Program-made: the position numbers and the translations under genes
Part shown: positions 12,987 through 24,421 of the stretch, in pieces
How the letters are laid out: each line of letters starts with the position of its first letter
How positions within the stretch are numbered: the stretch's first letter is position 1
Notes under the pieces: model-generated
The model's database searches: none
The model's input: the letters and a program-made list of their open reading frames with translations, nothing else
What the model was told of the DNA's origin: nothing
Assembly: GCA_044892525.1 (NCBI GenBank)
Contig: CM097885.1
Location: 40,612,001 to 40,676,000, forward strand
Length of the DNA: 64,000 nucleotides
Source of the DNA: Schmidtea polychroa
Lineage: Eukaryota
Direction of reading: 5' to 3'

Positions 12987-15900
12987 ATGGAAGCTATTTT
13001 CAATTGTGAAATTTGTGAAAAAAATTTTAAAAATAAAACTGCTTTAACATCTCATAAAAAATCAAAAGACCATTTAATAAAAGCTAACACACTAGATGAC
13101 ACTAATTCCAAAATCTGTACTAAATGTAAGGATAGATATTTATTTTCAGGTTATAAGAAGCATTTTAAAAATTGTATTAGAGTTCCTAAAAACAGAGAAA
13201 TATTCGAATGTTCAGCATGTGGAAAAACGATGAGGATAAAATCTTTTTACTTAAGACACATAGAAGATTGTGGTCTTGAAGCAAAAGATTCTGATTCAAA
13301 CTCACTCTTTTCAAAATATAGAGATTGAATACTGGAGAGGCGCACCACCAAATCCTAAATCTTTTATTCACACACCATTCACCTCCAACCATGTTATAAA
13401 TGTACAGAATAAAGATAATAAATGTTTTCAATGGTCAATACTTGCACACTTACATCCTCAAGCAACTAACCCACAGAGAGTTCAAAAATATGAAGAATAT
13501 GAATCTGAATTAATTTATCCAAAAGATTTTTCCCACCCAATGAAAATTGAAGATGTTCCAGCATTTGAAAAATTAAATAATCTTAAAATTAATATTTATC
13601 AATTCATTCCAACCAAAATTACAAAAACTAGAAAAAATAAAAATTATAAACACATTATTCCTATTTACATTTCTAACATGGAAATCTCAGATGAAAAGAG
13701 AGAAGTAGATCTTTTAATATTAGAAGAAGGTAAACCAGATGAAGACTTTGATGGAGAAGAATATGGTGAAGAGGTTCAAAGCGTTCACCCGAGGAGAGAA
13801 GCAGAAGAAGGCATTTCATTAGAACCAGAAGCAGAAAGCACTGCGTCCGGAGGCACTATGTTAGATAAAAAACTTCATTATATCTTAATAAAGAATTTTC
13901 AAAGTTTTATGAAAGGAAACACACTCATTCGTGGAGGCATATGTTGTAAAAGATGTTTATATCATTCAACTTCAAAACTTGCTGCTATTAAACATGAGAG
14001 ACTCTGTTGTAAGAATCAACCTGCTTTAATAAAAATGCCACACAAGAAAAATGCTAATATGAGGTTTAAAAACTATTCCAATCTATTAGAAGCATTGGGA
14101 GTGGTTTATTGTGATTTTGAAGCTATAAATGTAAAACTAAGACGAACAAAAACTAATACTGTAAAACTAACAAAACAATTACCCTCTGCTTATAAAATGT
14201 TTTTCAAAAGTAATTATCCAGAACTTGTAGAATCTAGAGAATATTCATTTAGGGGAACTTCTGACAAAGAGACTCTAGACCATTTTGTTGAAACTTTAAA
14301 TAATCTAGAACATGAATTATATATAATATTAAAATCCAACTTTCCTATGAATTTTTCAGAAGAACAAGAGGAAGAATATAAAAATGCAACACACTGCTGG
14401 ATGTGCAAACAAGAGTTTGAGGATGAGGAGTCAACTAGTGAACTAAAGGTTCCTGACCATGATCATTTTAAAATAGAAAATAATTACAGAGGAGCGGCCC
14501 ATAAAAATTGTAATCTCAATTGTAAAAAACCAACACACATACCATTTATATTTCACAATCTTTTTGGCTATGATATTCACCTGTTCATTAAACATCTAGC
14601 TGCAAATGCTAAAAACTCTTTCAAGGTTATTGGACTTACAAAAGAAAAATATAAAAGCATTCAATATGGATGCTTTAAGTTTTTGGACTCCTTAAATTTC
14701 TTAGGGATGTCTTTGGATGGCATTGCAAAAACTATGAACCCTGAGGATTTTAAATATACAAAAGAACATGTATTATTAAAAAACAATATTCCATTAGAGG
14801 AATATAATACCTGTCTAGCAAAAGGAATCTATCCATATGATTATATAGACTCCTTTGAAAAATATAATGAATTACTCCCAGCTCAAGAAGATTTCTTTTC
14901 TGTTTTAACACAATCAGGGATTTCTGATCAGGAATATTCCCATGCACTTAAAATGTGGAATCTTTTCAACTGTAGAAACCTTGGAGAATATACTGACATG
15001 TATCTTTCCTTAGATGTTTATATCTTAGCTGATTGCTTCGAGACATTTTCAAAAGCTTTTGAATTAAAACCTTATAATTATATAACCGCTCCCTCTCTAG
15101 CTTGGGATATATTATTATATAGCATATGGACCGATGAAGACATAGCAGAAAGAAATAAAACCATTGAATTATTAGTTGACCTTGATATGTTTAATGTATA
15201 TAAACATAATATTAGAGGAGGTATTTCTTCAGTACAAGGGAATAGAGAAATAAATGCTAATAATTTTACAACTCTTTATCCTAAATTTTTCAAAGATACT
15301 GATGCTCTATATGTAGAAATAACAAACCCAGAAGATCGTGAGGAAATACTGGAAGGTCTTTCTAATCCTTCTGAAATAATGTATATAGATGCAACAGCTT
15401 TATATGCAGGAGTAATGACTCAATACCTTCCAATTGGCAAGTTCACCTGGGAAGAGCCCACTGAGGAATTAATACAAGAAATTCTAAAAACACCAAAGAA
15501 TTCACAATATGGATATGTCATAGAATGCGATCTTGAATATCCCAATGAAATAAAATCCAGGACAAGATTCTTTCCATTTGCTCCAGTAAGAAGAAAGATC
15601 TCGACTGAAGAACTTTCAGACTGGCAGATGGCTCAGGATAGATCGCCCTGTATAAAACTTTTATGCGATCAGACCGATAAAACTGATTACCTTTGTCATT
15701 ATAGACTCCTTCAGTTTTATCTCTCCCATGGAATGGTTTTAAAAAAAGTACATTCCATTATTAAATTTCGACAAGCCCCTTTTATGAAAAAATTCATAGA
15801 GGGAAATATTTTGAAAAGAAATGCAGCAAAGAGAGCTGGAAATGCATTTCTTGATATGATTTACAAACTCCTGAACAATGCGGTCTTTGGAAAGACCATG

Positions 15901-16983
15901 GAGAATATAGACAAGTACACACGTGTAGAGCTTTTGACCAATACATCCAAAGACCTTAATAGGTACAACCGGATAATTGGAAAGCCCACATTTAAAAATG
16001 CCGAGATATTCTCTAGTAACCTTATAGCCATAGAGATTAAAAACTCTGTAAAAACTTATAATAAACCAATCTTTATAGGGTTTTCAATTTTAGAACTTTC
16101 AAAGATTCAAATGTATGAAGCCTACTATGATGTTCTAGTACCACATTTTGGAGATCGAATATCCATGCATGCAATGGACACTGATAGTATGTTTTTAAAA
16201 GGATATAGCAAAGATTTAAAAAAAGAAATAAGTGAAGATCCAACCTTAAATAAATTAATAAACAATTCTGGAGAGTTGTTTACTTTTAAAGATGAAAAAC
16301 CAAATACTCCAATAACTGGAGGAGTGTTTATTAGACCTAAACAATATTCTCTTGAAATGAAAGACAAACCAATTATGAAAGAGCATACAATAAAATTTAT
16401 AATAGAAGGATCTGTTGAAGTAGATCGAACATTTGAATATCCTTCATTCCCTGAAAACCCGAAAAGCTATAAAGAAAATAAAAGTAAAGGAATTCAAAAA
16501 TCAGTGTCAAAAACCTTCACACATCAAGAGTATAAAGATTCATTAAATATAAATTATAAAAATAAAATTGCTAAAACCCATCATCTTAAATCAGAGAAAC
16601 ATAATATATATCTTGAAGAGTGTAACAAGATTGCTATAACAAATTATGATGATAAAAGATTTATACTTTCTGACTTGAAGACAACATTACCTATTGGAAA
16701 TGATTTAATCCCTATAATAAAAAATCTTGATAAAATAAATGAAATTTATAACCTAGAGATTACAGACCTTCAACTTGCTAAAGTAGAAATCCAATATCCT
16801 GAAATATTAATTCCTAAACCTTTATATAATCAAGTTCAAAATATAAAACCTATAGAACTTAAATATTTTAATACTGATCCTGAATATATCCAAGGACTAA
16901 CACCAGAAGACTTTAAATCACATAAATTAATGTTAAAAAGCATTACTGCAGAAATAATTATAAATCAATTACGACTGGTCTAA
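12987..16983 (+). CDS. Protein-primed DNA polymerase B (frameshift near 13300 separates the N-terminal Zn-finger ORF)
   Basis: Exo motifs YCDFEA, FHNLFGYD, Y..LDVYIL; pol motifs YIDATALY, KLLNNAVFGK, MDTDS; endonuclease-VII-like CWMC..DHDH..YRGAAHKNCN; ORFs 12987-13328 and 13270-16983. Confidence 0.95.
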
Positions 16984-17007
16984 GAATTAGAATTTTAACA
17001 CTATAAA

Positions 17008-17562
17008 ATGATGGAAACTAAAAATCAAGAAAATAACATTTTTGAAATTATAAAAAATATTACTAATTTAAAGGATAACAGATGTAAAGGAATACAGAGA
17101 GTGGTTGCAAAGAATCTTTCTCATCAAGATTATATAGATACATTGAATCCAAATCATAAAGATAAAATTGATGAAATAAATCAACTTAAAAGTGAAAACC
17201 ATGATATTCACTTGATAGAATCTCAAAAAATATCATTATCAAATTATGATGATAAGAGATTCATACTAAGTGATTTAAAGACAACTCTACCTATTGGAAA
17301 TAATTTAATCCCTATAATAAAAAATCTAGAAAAGTTGAATAAGTTATATGATACAAAAATTACTGATCTTGATATTTATAATGTTGAAATCATTTATCCC
17401 GAGAGAGAAATCGAGAAACCTTTATATTCTCAAGTTTTTAATCCTATATGTTTAGAACTTAAATATTTTAATACTGATCCTGAATATATAAAAGGTCTAA
17501 GTGATAAAGAATTTAAAGATCATAAATTAATGATTCATAGGTTGGCTTTCAACCATAACTGA
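17008..17562 (+). CDS. Stand-alone paralog of the pPolB C-terminal region
   Basis: Aligns with the last ~165 aa of pPolB (KGIQ, NYDDKRFILSDLKTTLPIGN, ELKYFNTDPEYI); open ORF with AAAATG start. Confidence 0.85.
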   Translation: MMETKNQENNIFEIIKNITNLKDNRCKGIQRVVAKNLSHQDYIDTLNPNHKDKIDEINQLKSENHDIHLIESQKISLSNYDDKRFILSDLKTTLPIGNNLIPIIKNLEKLNKLYDTKITDLDIYNVEIIYPEREIEKPLYSQVFNPICLELKYFNTDPEYIKGLSDKEFKDHKLMIHRLAFNHN

Positions 17563-17656
17563 AACCAACGATATTTAATTTTTTAATAATAAAATGTCGA
17601 CAATTAATTTAAGCAACTATAGCAACCTGATCTACTTTTTTAAAAATACACCCATT

Positions 17657-18253
17657 TTATAAGTAAGAATTCTTTAACCATTTTTCTCGAGATGTTTTTT
17701 TATTACTTATAACATTAGCCACCATGCCCTCCCTTTTTAATCTTATAACCTCATTCTTTATATCTTGTATTATTTGATTTGATTTCATTATTTCTTCGTC
17801 TGTCAGGATTCCATCTTCCAAAGCTTTTAATTGAAATAAAAATAATTTAGAGATTCCTAATTCTATTGATAAACAAACTTCTCTATATAAACTTTTCTTT
17901 TTAGAAGTATAAGATAATGAAACTATTTCAGTTAAGAAACCATCAGCCACAGAAATACTTCCAAGTATTACAGGTGCAAGAGTAACAACTGGTAAAGTTA
18001 TGGGTAAAATAACTGTTAATATTGCAGATGCAAATCCTAAAGAATAACCTATAACTTTTAAAACTGTATTCCCTTTATTCCATCTATTTTTAATTTTTTT
18101 ATAATGCTTTAATAAATCTTGTAAATGTAAGGTTTCTGATTTAAATTCTTTTACTCTCATAATTTCAAGTTCTGTGGGAGCCGAGGCCTTGGAAGAATAA
18201 TATCCTGATGATCTCAATTCTGGGTAAATTTTTTCTTCTCTTACTTCTTCCAT
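17657..18253 (-). CDS. Polinton membrane protein (two hydrophobic helices; possibly the adintovirus GasderminX-type family)
   Basis: Hydrophobic hairpin and KALEDGILTDEE motif; homolog in element D. Confidence 0.65.
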   Translation of the reverse strand: MEEVREEKIYPELRSSGYYSSKASAPTELEIMRVKEFKSETLHLQDLLKHYKKIKNRWNKGNTVLKVIGYSLGFASAILTVILPITLPVVTLAPVILGSISVADGFLTEIVSLSYTSKKKSLYREVCLSIELGISKLFLFQLKALEDGILTDEEIMKSNQIIQDIKNEVIRLKREGMVANVISNKKTSREKWLKNSYL

Positions 18254-18261
18254 TTTAATAA

Positions 18262-19272
18262 TTAAAAAAATAAGACTTTATTCTTCTGAGCACCATCTGG
18301 CACCAATACTCGGATATCAAAAGAAACTCTTGTTGAGAGGATATCTTTATACAATTCTCTCAATGCTTTACGAACTTCATCAACATCAACCTTTTTTTCA
18401 TAAAATATTAAATCTATATATTGTACAAGTGAACTAGAAAAATGAATATTCTTACTTTTAACTTTATGTAGTCCATGTGAATGAGTATTAACATACCAAT
18501 CTCCGTGTGGTAAATCATAACTAGTCATTATAACATCACCCTTTTCAAGCTTACTATTATAATCACATTTCACAAACCATTTCATTCTTTCATTATCATC
18601 ATCAAACAAAAAGAAATAAGGATCAATAATTTTTACAACCATAAAAACACCCCATTCTTTACTGTTTGTTGTTATTAAACTTGGTTCTATAAAATGTTTA
18701 TATGTATGGGGTAATAATGTTTTATTCTGTTCTAATTCAGCAGCTCTTTTTCTAATACTATGTGTGGTGTTAATGTGTGTTCCATGAGACTCTAAATTTG
18801 AAATTCTTTTATTAAATGATGTAATCATCTCATTTATTATTTTATATATTGTATTAAATTTAGTATTCATAATTTGTTTATCTTTAGAATTTAATATAGC
18901 AGTATTTAACTTTACAACTTGTTCAGTTAACAGACTTTGTAACTTGTCAAATTTATCATTAAATCGTTGTTCGATATTATTAAGCTTTGATTCCATTGAA
19001 TCAATTTTTGTTGTTAATGAACTTTCAATTCTTGTTGTTGTTAAATCAGTATAATTTTTAACACCATCAACATATTTTTTATTAACTGCATCAGCTTCAT
19101 CAGTTGGTAAAGATAAATCTTTTATCTTGTGTCCATTTAAATTTAAATCTCCTTTCATTGAATCACCTCTTTCATTAATATATTTATTTTCTGTTAAAGT
19201 TAATATTTCTTCTGTATTAAACCCTGTTTTTATTGTTCCACCACCTCTATTACAAGGAATATAAGAACTCAT
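18262..19272 (-). CDS. Fiber/spike-like protein
   Basis: MKGDLNLNGHKIKDL..DAVNKKYVD fiber neck motif, coiled coil, globular C-terminus; adjacent to mCP; homolog 43594-44604. Confidence 0.65.
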   Translation of the reverse strand: MSSYIPCNRGGGTIKTGFNTEEILTLTENKYINERGDSMKGDLNLNGHKIKDLSLPTDEADAVNKKYVDGVKNYTDLTTTRIESSLTTKIDSMESKLNNIEQRFNDKFDKLQSLLTEQVVKLNTAILNSKDKQIMNTKFNTIYKIINEMITSFNKRISNLESHGTHINTTHSIRKRAAELEQNKTLLPHTYKHFIEPSLITTNSKEWGVFMVVKIIDPYFFLFDDDNERMKWFVKCDYNSKLEKGDVIMTSYDLPHGDWYVNTHSHGLHKVKSKNIHFSSSLVQYIDLIFYEKKVDVDEVRKALRELYKDILSTRVSFDIRVLVPDGAQKNKVLFF

Positions 19273-19296
19273 TTATTAATAATTTAAAATGAATCT

Positions 19297-20061
19297 TCAA
19301 ACCTGTTTCAAATGTAAATACATTGAAATCTCTTCTCCATTAAAATCAATCAATTCTCCTTCTTGATTAAGAATTTTAAAATTAATATCCATTATATATT
19401 TTCTACATAAAGGTAAATAATTTGGAGGATTCATTCTTTCAACTATTTTATATCCCATAGGAACTGTGTTTGAGGGAAAGGAATATAAAACATTTGTTTG
19501 TTTACCATTATTATAAGAACCTGTTATACAATCGCAATGAATATTTATTGTGTTTGTATTTATTATTTTTATAATATGTTCTGATGTTATTATTTTATCT
19601 TCTTTTATTGTTATATCCATAGGTTTAAATCCTAAAACTGTGTGAAAGAAACAATTATCTAAAAAACTAATTTTTATATTCTTCAAAGTCATTACACATT
19701 TTGAAGTTGGTATATCCATTTTAATTTTAATACCTTCATTTGTTTTTTTAGAAAGTATATCATTTAAATCTTTTATCTCATATGCCCCAGGTTCTATTGT
19801 TATAATTTCTGGTTTATGCCCATCACGAGTTTGAATAGTAAATTTATTATTATCTTTAGTTATATTAAAAATAGTATTATAAGCACAAAACCATAATAGC
19901 CCCAATTCATAATTTAAATTTTGATCTAATTTAATTGAATCTTGAAAGTTTATAGTAAAGTCTGATTCTTTTGAATTTATAGATAAAGTTCTTGAATATT
20001 TATCTGACATTATGTTTACCATTTTTTTTAAATTATCTTCCGGAGGGTTGTGAAGCTCCAT
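19297..20061 (-). CDS. Minor capsid protein (penton, single jelly-roll)
   Basis: IHCDCITGSYNNG..VLYSFP, YLPL, NQEGELIDFNGE.ISMYLHLK typical of Polinton mCP. Confidence 0.88.
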   Translation of the reverse strand: MELHNPPEDNLKKMVNIMSDKYSRTLSINSKESDFTINFQDSIKLDQNLNYELGLLWFCAYNTIFNITKDNNKFTIQTRDGHKPEIITIEPGAYEIKDLNDILSKKTNEGIKIKMDIPTSKCVMTLKNIKISFLDNCFFHTVLGFKPMDITIKEDKIITSEHIIKIINTNTINIHCDCITGSYNNGKQTNVLYSFPSNTVPMGYKIVERMNPPNYLPLCRKYIMDINFKILNQEGELIDFNGEEISMYLHLKQV

Positions 20062-20109
20062 TTCTTTAGTAGTAAATTCATATAGTAAAAATCCTTATAG
20101 TAAAAATCC

Positions 20110-20589
20110 TTATAGTAGAGATTCTAGATCATTATAAATTTCTTGAATTATAGATTCAAAATCCTGCGTATGCCCCTTTCCCTCTCCCTTATTCAATCTA
20201 TACAAAACATATAAACTTAAAATACCACATATTTTAGTATTCAAAGGTTGAACTTGTAAAGAGTTAAAAGTATAACCATTTGGGGAATCAATCGGAGAAC
20301 CCCTCAAGAGATAATCTTCAACTTCTTTAGTAGGTTTAATCCCAAAAGAATCAAAGTAGATAGATTTCTTATATATACAAACCCAATGAGATCCTTTTTC
20401 ATTTGAATTTTGATAATTGATTATTATATTCAGGGGACTCTCCAGACTTGATAATTCATCATTCATTAATATTTTAATTTTTAAATTTAAATAATTTGCA
20501 TAATCTTTTAAATCAAAATTTGTTTTTGCATTTATTCCAAATGTTTTTAAAAAATCTAATATAGAGGGGTATTCAATTGAAGGAGTCAT
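20110..20589 (-). CDS. Adenain-like cysteine protease
   Basis: GSHWVC, YFDSFG, VQ..ICG catalytic His/Asp/Gln/Cys. Confidence 0.92.
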   Translation of the reverse strand: MTPSIEYPSILDFLKTFGINAKTNFDLKDYANYLNLKIKILMNDELSSLESPLNIIINYQNSNEKGSHWVCIYKKSIYFDSFGIKPTKEVEDYLLRGSPIDSPNGYTFNSLQVQPLNTKICGILSLYVLYRLNKGEGKGHTQDFESIIQEIYNDLESLL

Positions 20590-20641
20590 TTTGTATTTTA
20601 AAACTTCGTATTTTAAAACTACGTATTTTATAACTTCGTAT

Positions 20642-21518
20642 TTATAACTTCGTATACTTATTAAATTTATCTTTTGAAATTATTCCTTGTTTTAACAAAT
20701 CTTTAGAAATCTTTAAAATATCAGAATCTAAATTATTATGTCCTGCTTTCCTTGCAGCTAATAGTTTTCTTAATTCAATAAAAAGATTGATGGGATTTCC
20801 TTCACTAATTAATCCCTCTCCCTCTGTAACAACATAACCCTTTTCATTTTTATCTAAATAATTCTTTAAATCTTGAATATATTTTGCTTTAGAACCAGCT
20901 CTTATTAATCTTATTAAATTTAAATATTTTTTAATTTCTTCAAGATCATCTGAAGAATATCCACAAAGTAATTTATAAAAATCATCTGTAAATTCAAAGT
21001 CTAAATATTCATTATTATAAACATTTTGTGAATGAATACGTGATTTATTTTCTGAATTTGAATATAAAGTAAAGTTTTGTTTATTAATTGTTATTATTTG
21101 ATATCCTTCAGTATTAGTATTAAATGTGGGTCTAATTGAAGGAGGTAAATCATCTCTAATTTTAGGATCAACTTTAAGAGGTTTTTGTTTTTAAAAACAT
21201 TTCTTCTTCTTCCACATTAGAAATTCTTCTGCGTTTTCTTTGATTTCTTTCAGAATGACTTTCACTGGATTCTTCCTTCCACTCTAGTTTTTTTATTTTT
21301 TGTTCATGGGGACTTCCTCCATCTTCTAACTCTTTAAATTTTGCTTGCTCATTGAAATCTTCCAACTCTTTTATAGCTTTAATTGTTGGCCCCTGTTGTT
21401 GTGTTATTACCTCATTTAATATTATAGATTCAGCATGTTGAGTTGTATCTTTTTTATTATATTTATCTTGTTCTGATTGTAATTTTTTTAAAAGTGCTAA
21501 TCTTTCTTCATATACCAT
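20642..21518 (-). pseudogene. Conserved Polinton protein of unknown function, frameshifted near 21180
   Basis: ORF 21174-21518 continues in another frame to LRKLLAARKAGHNN..DILKISKDLLKQG; same C-terminus at 42148-42410. Confidence 0.7.
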
Positions 21519-21540
21519 TTTTATGGTATTAAAAATGGTA

Positions 21541-22149
21541 TCATTTTGGTAAAGGATCCGTTGGAAAGGGCTTCAAGTATAATCCTTTACCATTTTTAGT
21601 TTTACAAAGGCATCCATTCTTTAAAGATTTACATATTTTTTTTAAATCTTCTTTATCTTTTGAAGATAAAGATTCAGATGTAGAAATTTGATTTTTTAAA
21701 AAATCATTTAAACCTCTACCTTTATAAGGATCAAGATAGAGACCTTTGCCCTGAGACTTTTGCCGACTCCCCTCATATGGATTAAGATAGAGACCCTTTC
21801 CAACGGACACTCCCCCTTTAGCTTGCCCTACCTTCTTCATTGAATCGATTTCAGTTTGTAGTTTTTCTTTTTCTAGGTCTGTCTTTTGAGATTCTTTAGC
21901 TTTTTGAACTGTAGTTGCAATTCCTCCAGCTATTCCAGCAGCACCTGATAAACCAGCAATGATTGCAGGTATTAAAGCAGCTAATGGAAGAATGCCACCT
22001 TCTTTAGCTTCGTGGAGCTTCGCTCTAACTTGTTCTTTTACATGTTTTCCAATAAAATATTTTTTACCATCAATTACTACTGATTTATTTTTATTTGAAT
22101 TTATTAATTCTTGCAAAGATTCTTCAGTAGAGGAACTCTTTGAGGTCAT
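21541..22149 (-). CDS. Core protein with adenovirus pX-like segment
   Basis: EGGILPLAALIPAIIAGLSGAAGIAGG resembles adenovirus pX; three GKGLYLxP repeats. Confidence 0.75.
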   Translation of the reverse strand: MTSKSSSTEESLQELINSNKNKSVVIDGKKYFIGKHVKEQVRAKLHEAKEGGILPLAALIPAIIAGLSGAAGIAGGIATTVQKAKESQKTDLEKEKLQTEIDSMKKVGQAKGGVSVGKGLYLNPYEGSRQKSQGKGLYLDPYKGRGLNDFLKNQISTSESLSSKDKEDLKKICKSLKNGCLCKTKNGKGLYLKPFPTDPLPK

Positions 22150-22164
22150 TTTATAATAAACAAA

Positions 22165-22971
22165 ATGGATGTACGAAGTCCAATAATTTGGAAACCAATT
22201 TTAAATAGACATAAGAGTAAATTCAATAATAAAGTATTTCCTGATAATTTTGGATTATTAATTGTTGGTTCTTCTGGATGTGGAAAGAATGTACTTGTTT
22301 TGAGAATGTTACTTGAAGATGATTTTTTAGATTATAATAATTTAATCTTTTATTCTACAACCATAAATCAACCAGAATTACAACTTTTGAAATGTGGATT
22401 TGAAAATAAATTAACTAAAAAAGCAATAATTGATATTTTTAAAAATCAACATAGGTGTCCTGAAGAAGTTTTTCAACCTTGTGATATGGTTGATTGGTAT
22501 AAGGAAAAGATTTTAGAATCAGATATTAGTAATAAAAATGATTATATTTGTGAAGAAGGGCAGGAGGCAATTCAAGTTTTATTCCCTAATAAACCTGAAG
22601 ATGTTTTACATTGTGATTTACTTCCTAAAGATAAAAAGAATCTAGTTATATTTGATGATGTTGTTAATATGAAAAATCAAGAGATTCAAAAGAGTTACTT
22701 TACACGAGGTCGACATAATAATTGTAATGTTATTTATATATCTCAAACATATTATGCTTTAGATAAAAATTCAATAAGAAATAATTCCAATTGTTTTATA
22801 TTTTTTAAATTAGATCGCCGTGATAAGAATATGATTTATAATGATTTATTTTCAAATGTTGAACCTGATAAGAATATGTTTGATATGTTTGTTGATAATC
22901 ATTGGAAAGAAAAATATAATTATATTTATTTGGATAGAGAAGAAGCTGAAATATGGAAAAGTTTGTTTTAG
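22165..22971 (+). CDS. A32/FtsK-like genome packaging ATPase
   Basis: Walker A GSSGCGKN, Walker B LVIFDD, RGRHNN, YISQ. Confidence 0.93.
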   Translation: MDVRSPIIWKPILNRHKSKFNNKVFPDNFGLLIVGSSGCGKNVLVLRMLLEDDFLDYNNLIFYSTTINQPELQLLKCGFENKLTKKAIIDIFKNQHRCPEEVFQPCDMVDWYKEKILESDISNKNDYICEEGQEAIQVLFPNKPEDVLHCDLLPKDKKNLVIFDDVVNMKNQEIQKSYFTRGRHNNCNVIYISQTYYALDKNSIRNNSNCFIFFKLDRRDKNMIYNDLFSNVEPDKNMFDMFVDNHWKEKYNYIYLDREEAEIWKSLF

Positions 22972-22982
22972 GGCTTGTCGAC

Positions 22983-24392
22983 TTAAAAATCTGTTTTCTG
23001 TAGTTCATTATTATAAAATCTACCTAATATTTTTTCATTATTTAAATCAAAGATGCTATATGTTATTGGAGTTGTATAATTTATTTTATTTATAATAAAA
23101 ATTTCATTTGTCCATTTTGCTGTGAATCCTTTTTCAAATTTATTTTTATATTTAAATATTCTTACTCGGTCACCAATTTTAAACTTTGGTTTTTCAATAA
23201 CATCATTTTCAATATTTACCACTTTAATGGTTTCAGGCTTCATGGAAGCATTTAAATGTGTTAATTTTATAGAGCTATGTACATCATTATTATATTCATT
23301 TACAATCTTTTGTAACAATTCATTGTTCCATTTTTGTTTTCCAATAGCAGTAAAATATTTCCACATTTTATTTTTTAATGTTCTATTTAATCTTTCAACT
23401 ACGACTGCTTTTCCTTCGTTTTCTGTTGAATATAATTTAATATCATTTTCATTTAAAAACTTTGTAAAAACTTTGTTATAAAATTCTGTTCCTTTATCAC
23501 ACCATAAATATTTTGGGATTTATTGATTTTCTTCAAATATATTTTCAAATGCTTCTGTAATAGAATATCCTGTTTTATTTTCTAAACATCTTGCAAAAGC
23601 AAATCTTGTATATAAATCTATTACAGTTAAAATTATTTTATATTTTTCAGGGTCTGATGATTTGGGCATAAAGACTAAATCTGCAGACCATGTTTGATCT
23701 TTTTCATGTACTTGAACTTTTAAATATTTTTTATTTTTTCTAAATTCATGGTGTAATTCCTTTGCATATTTTATTTCTGATTCTGTTGGGGTTTGTAAAC
23801 TAGTCTTGGCTGTACTCTCGAGGGATCTTTCAATCTCTGCTTGTTCGATAATCTTTTTATTAGCAACATCTTTTGCTTTCCTAGGAAGTCTTGCACCCAT
23901 GGTGATCGGACTGTGTCCTAAGCCTATGAAAATCTTACCTTTCATTGCTAATTTAACTAGAGCTCTTTGAATCCTTTCTTGGGTTGATGGATTTTGGATA
24001 CTATTTAAATCATGTATTAAATTCACATCTGCAACATGTCTATCTCTAAGATTTGTTGAATTGTATGCAATGTCATGTTTTAAAGCTGCTTGATCAATTC
24101 TATTTATTGGTTCTTCTCCTTGTTTGGGATTATTATTTTCATCTAATCTAATATCTAGACGTGTTCCTGGTCCGGTATAGTTGTGTTTAAATAAATGTCT
24201 TTCACCTGGATATTTTTCTGTAGTAAAAGGTTTTAATATTGAAGATGCCACTTTTGAAGATTGCAAATCACCTCCAGCTCGTGGAATTAGATCACCTCCT
24301 GTATGTTTTTTAGTTTTAAGATGGCTTGCTTTATGATGTCTTGTAACTTGACAATTACAACTTTCACATCTCCAATATTTATTTAGAGACAT
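22983..24392 (-). pseudogene. Zn-finger + PLA2-like + rve integrase fusion with a single in-frame stop at 23520-23522
   Basis: CESC..HKASHLKTKKH; HNYTGPGT..DQAALKHDIAY..RHVAD; WSADLV, IDLYTRF, DKGTEF, ERLNRTLK; the two ORFs are in one frame. Confidence 0.92.
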
Positions 24393-24421
24393 TTTAAAAT
24401 GTTAAAATATCAGGGATTATA

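Noticed and set aside
20080..20655. Short tandem repeats at gene junctions (TATAGTAAAAATCCT, ACTTCGTATTTT)
   Set aside because: Most simply slippage duplications; no evidence of function
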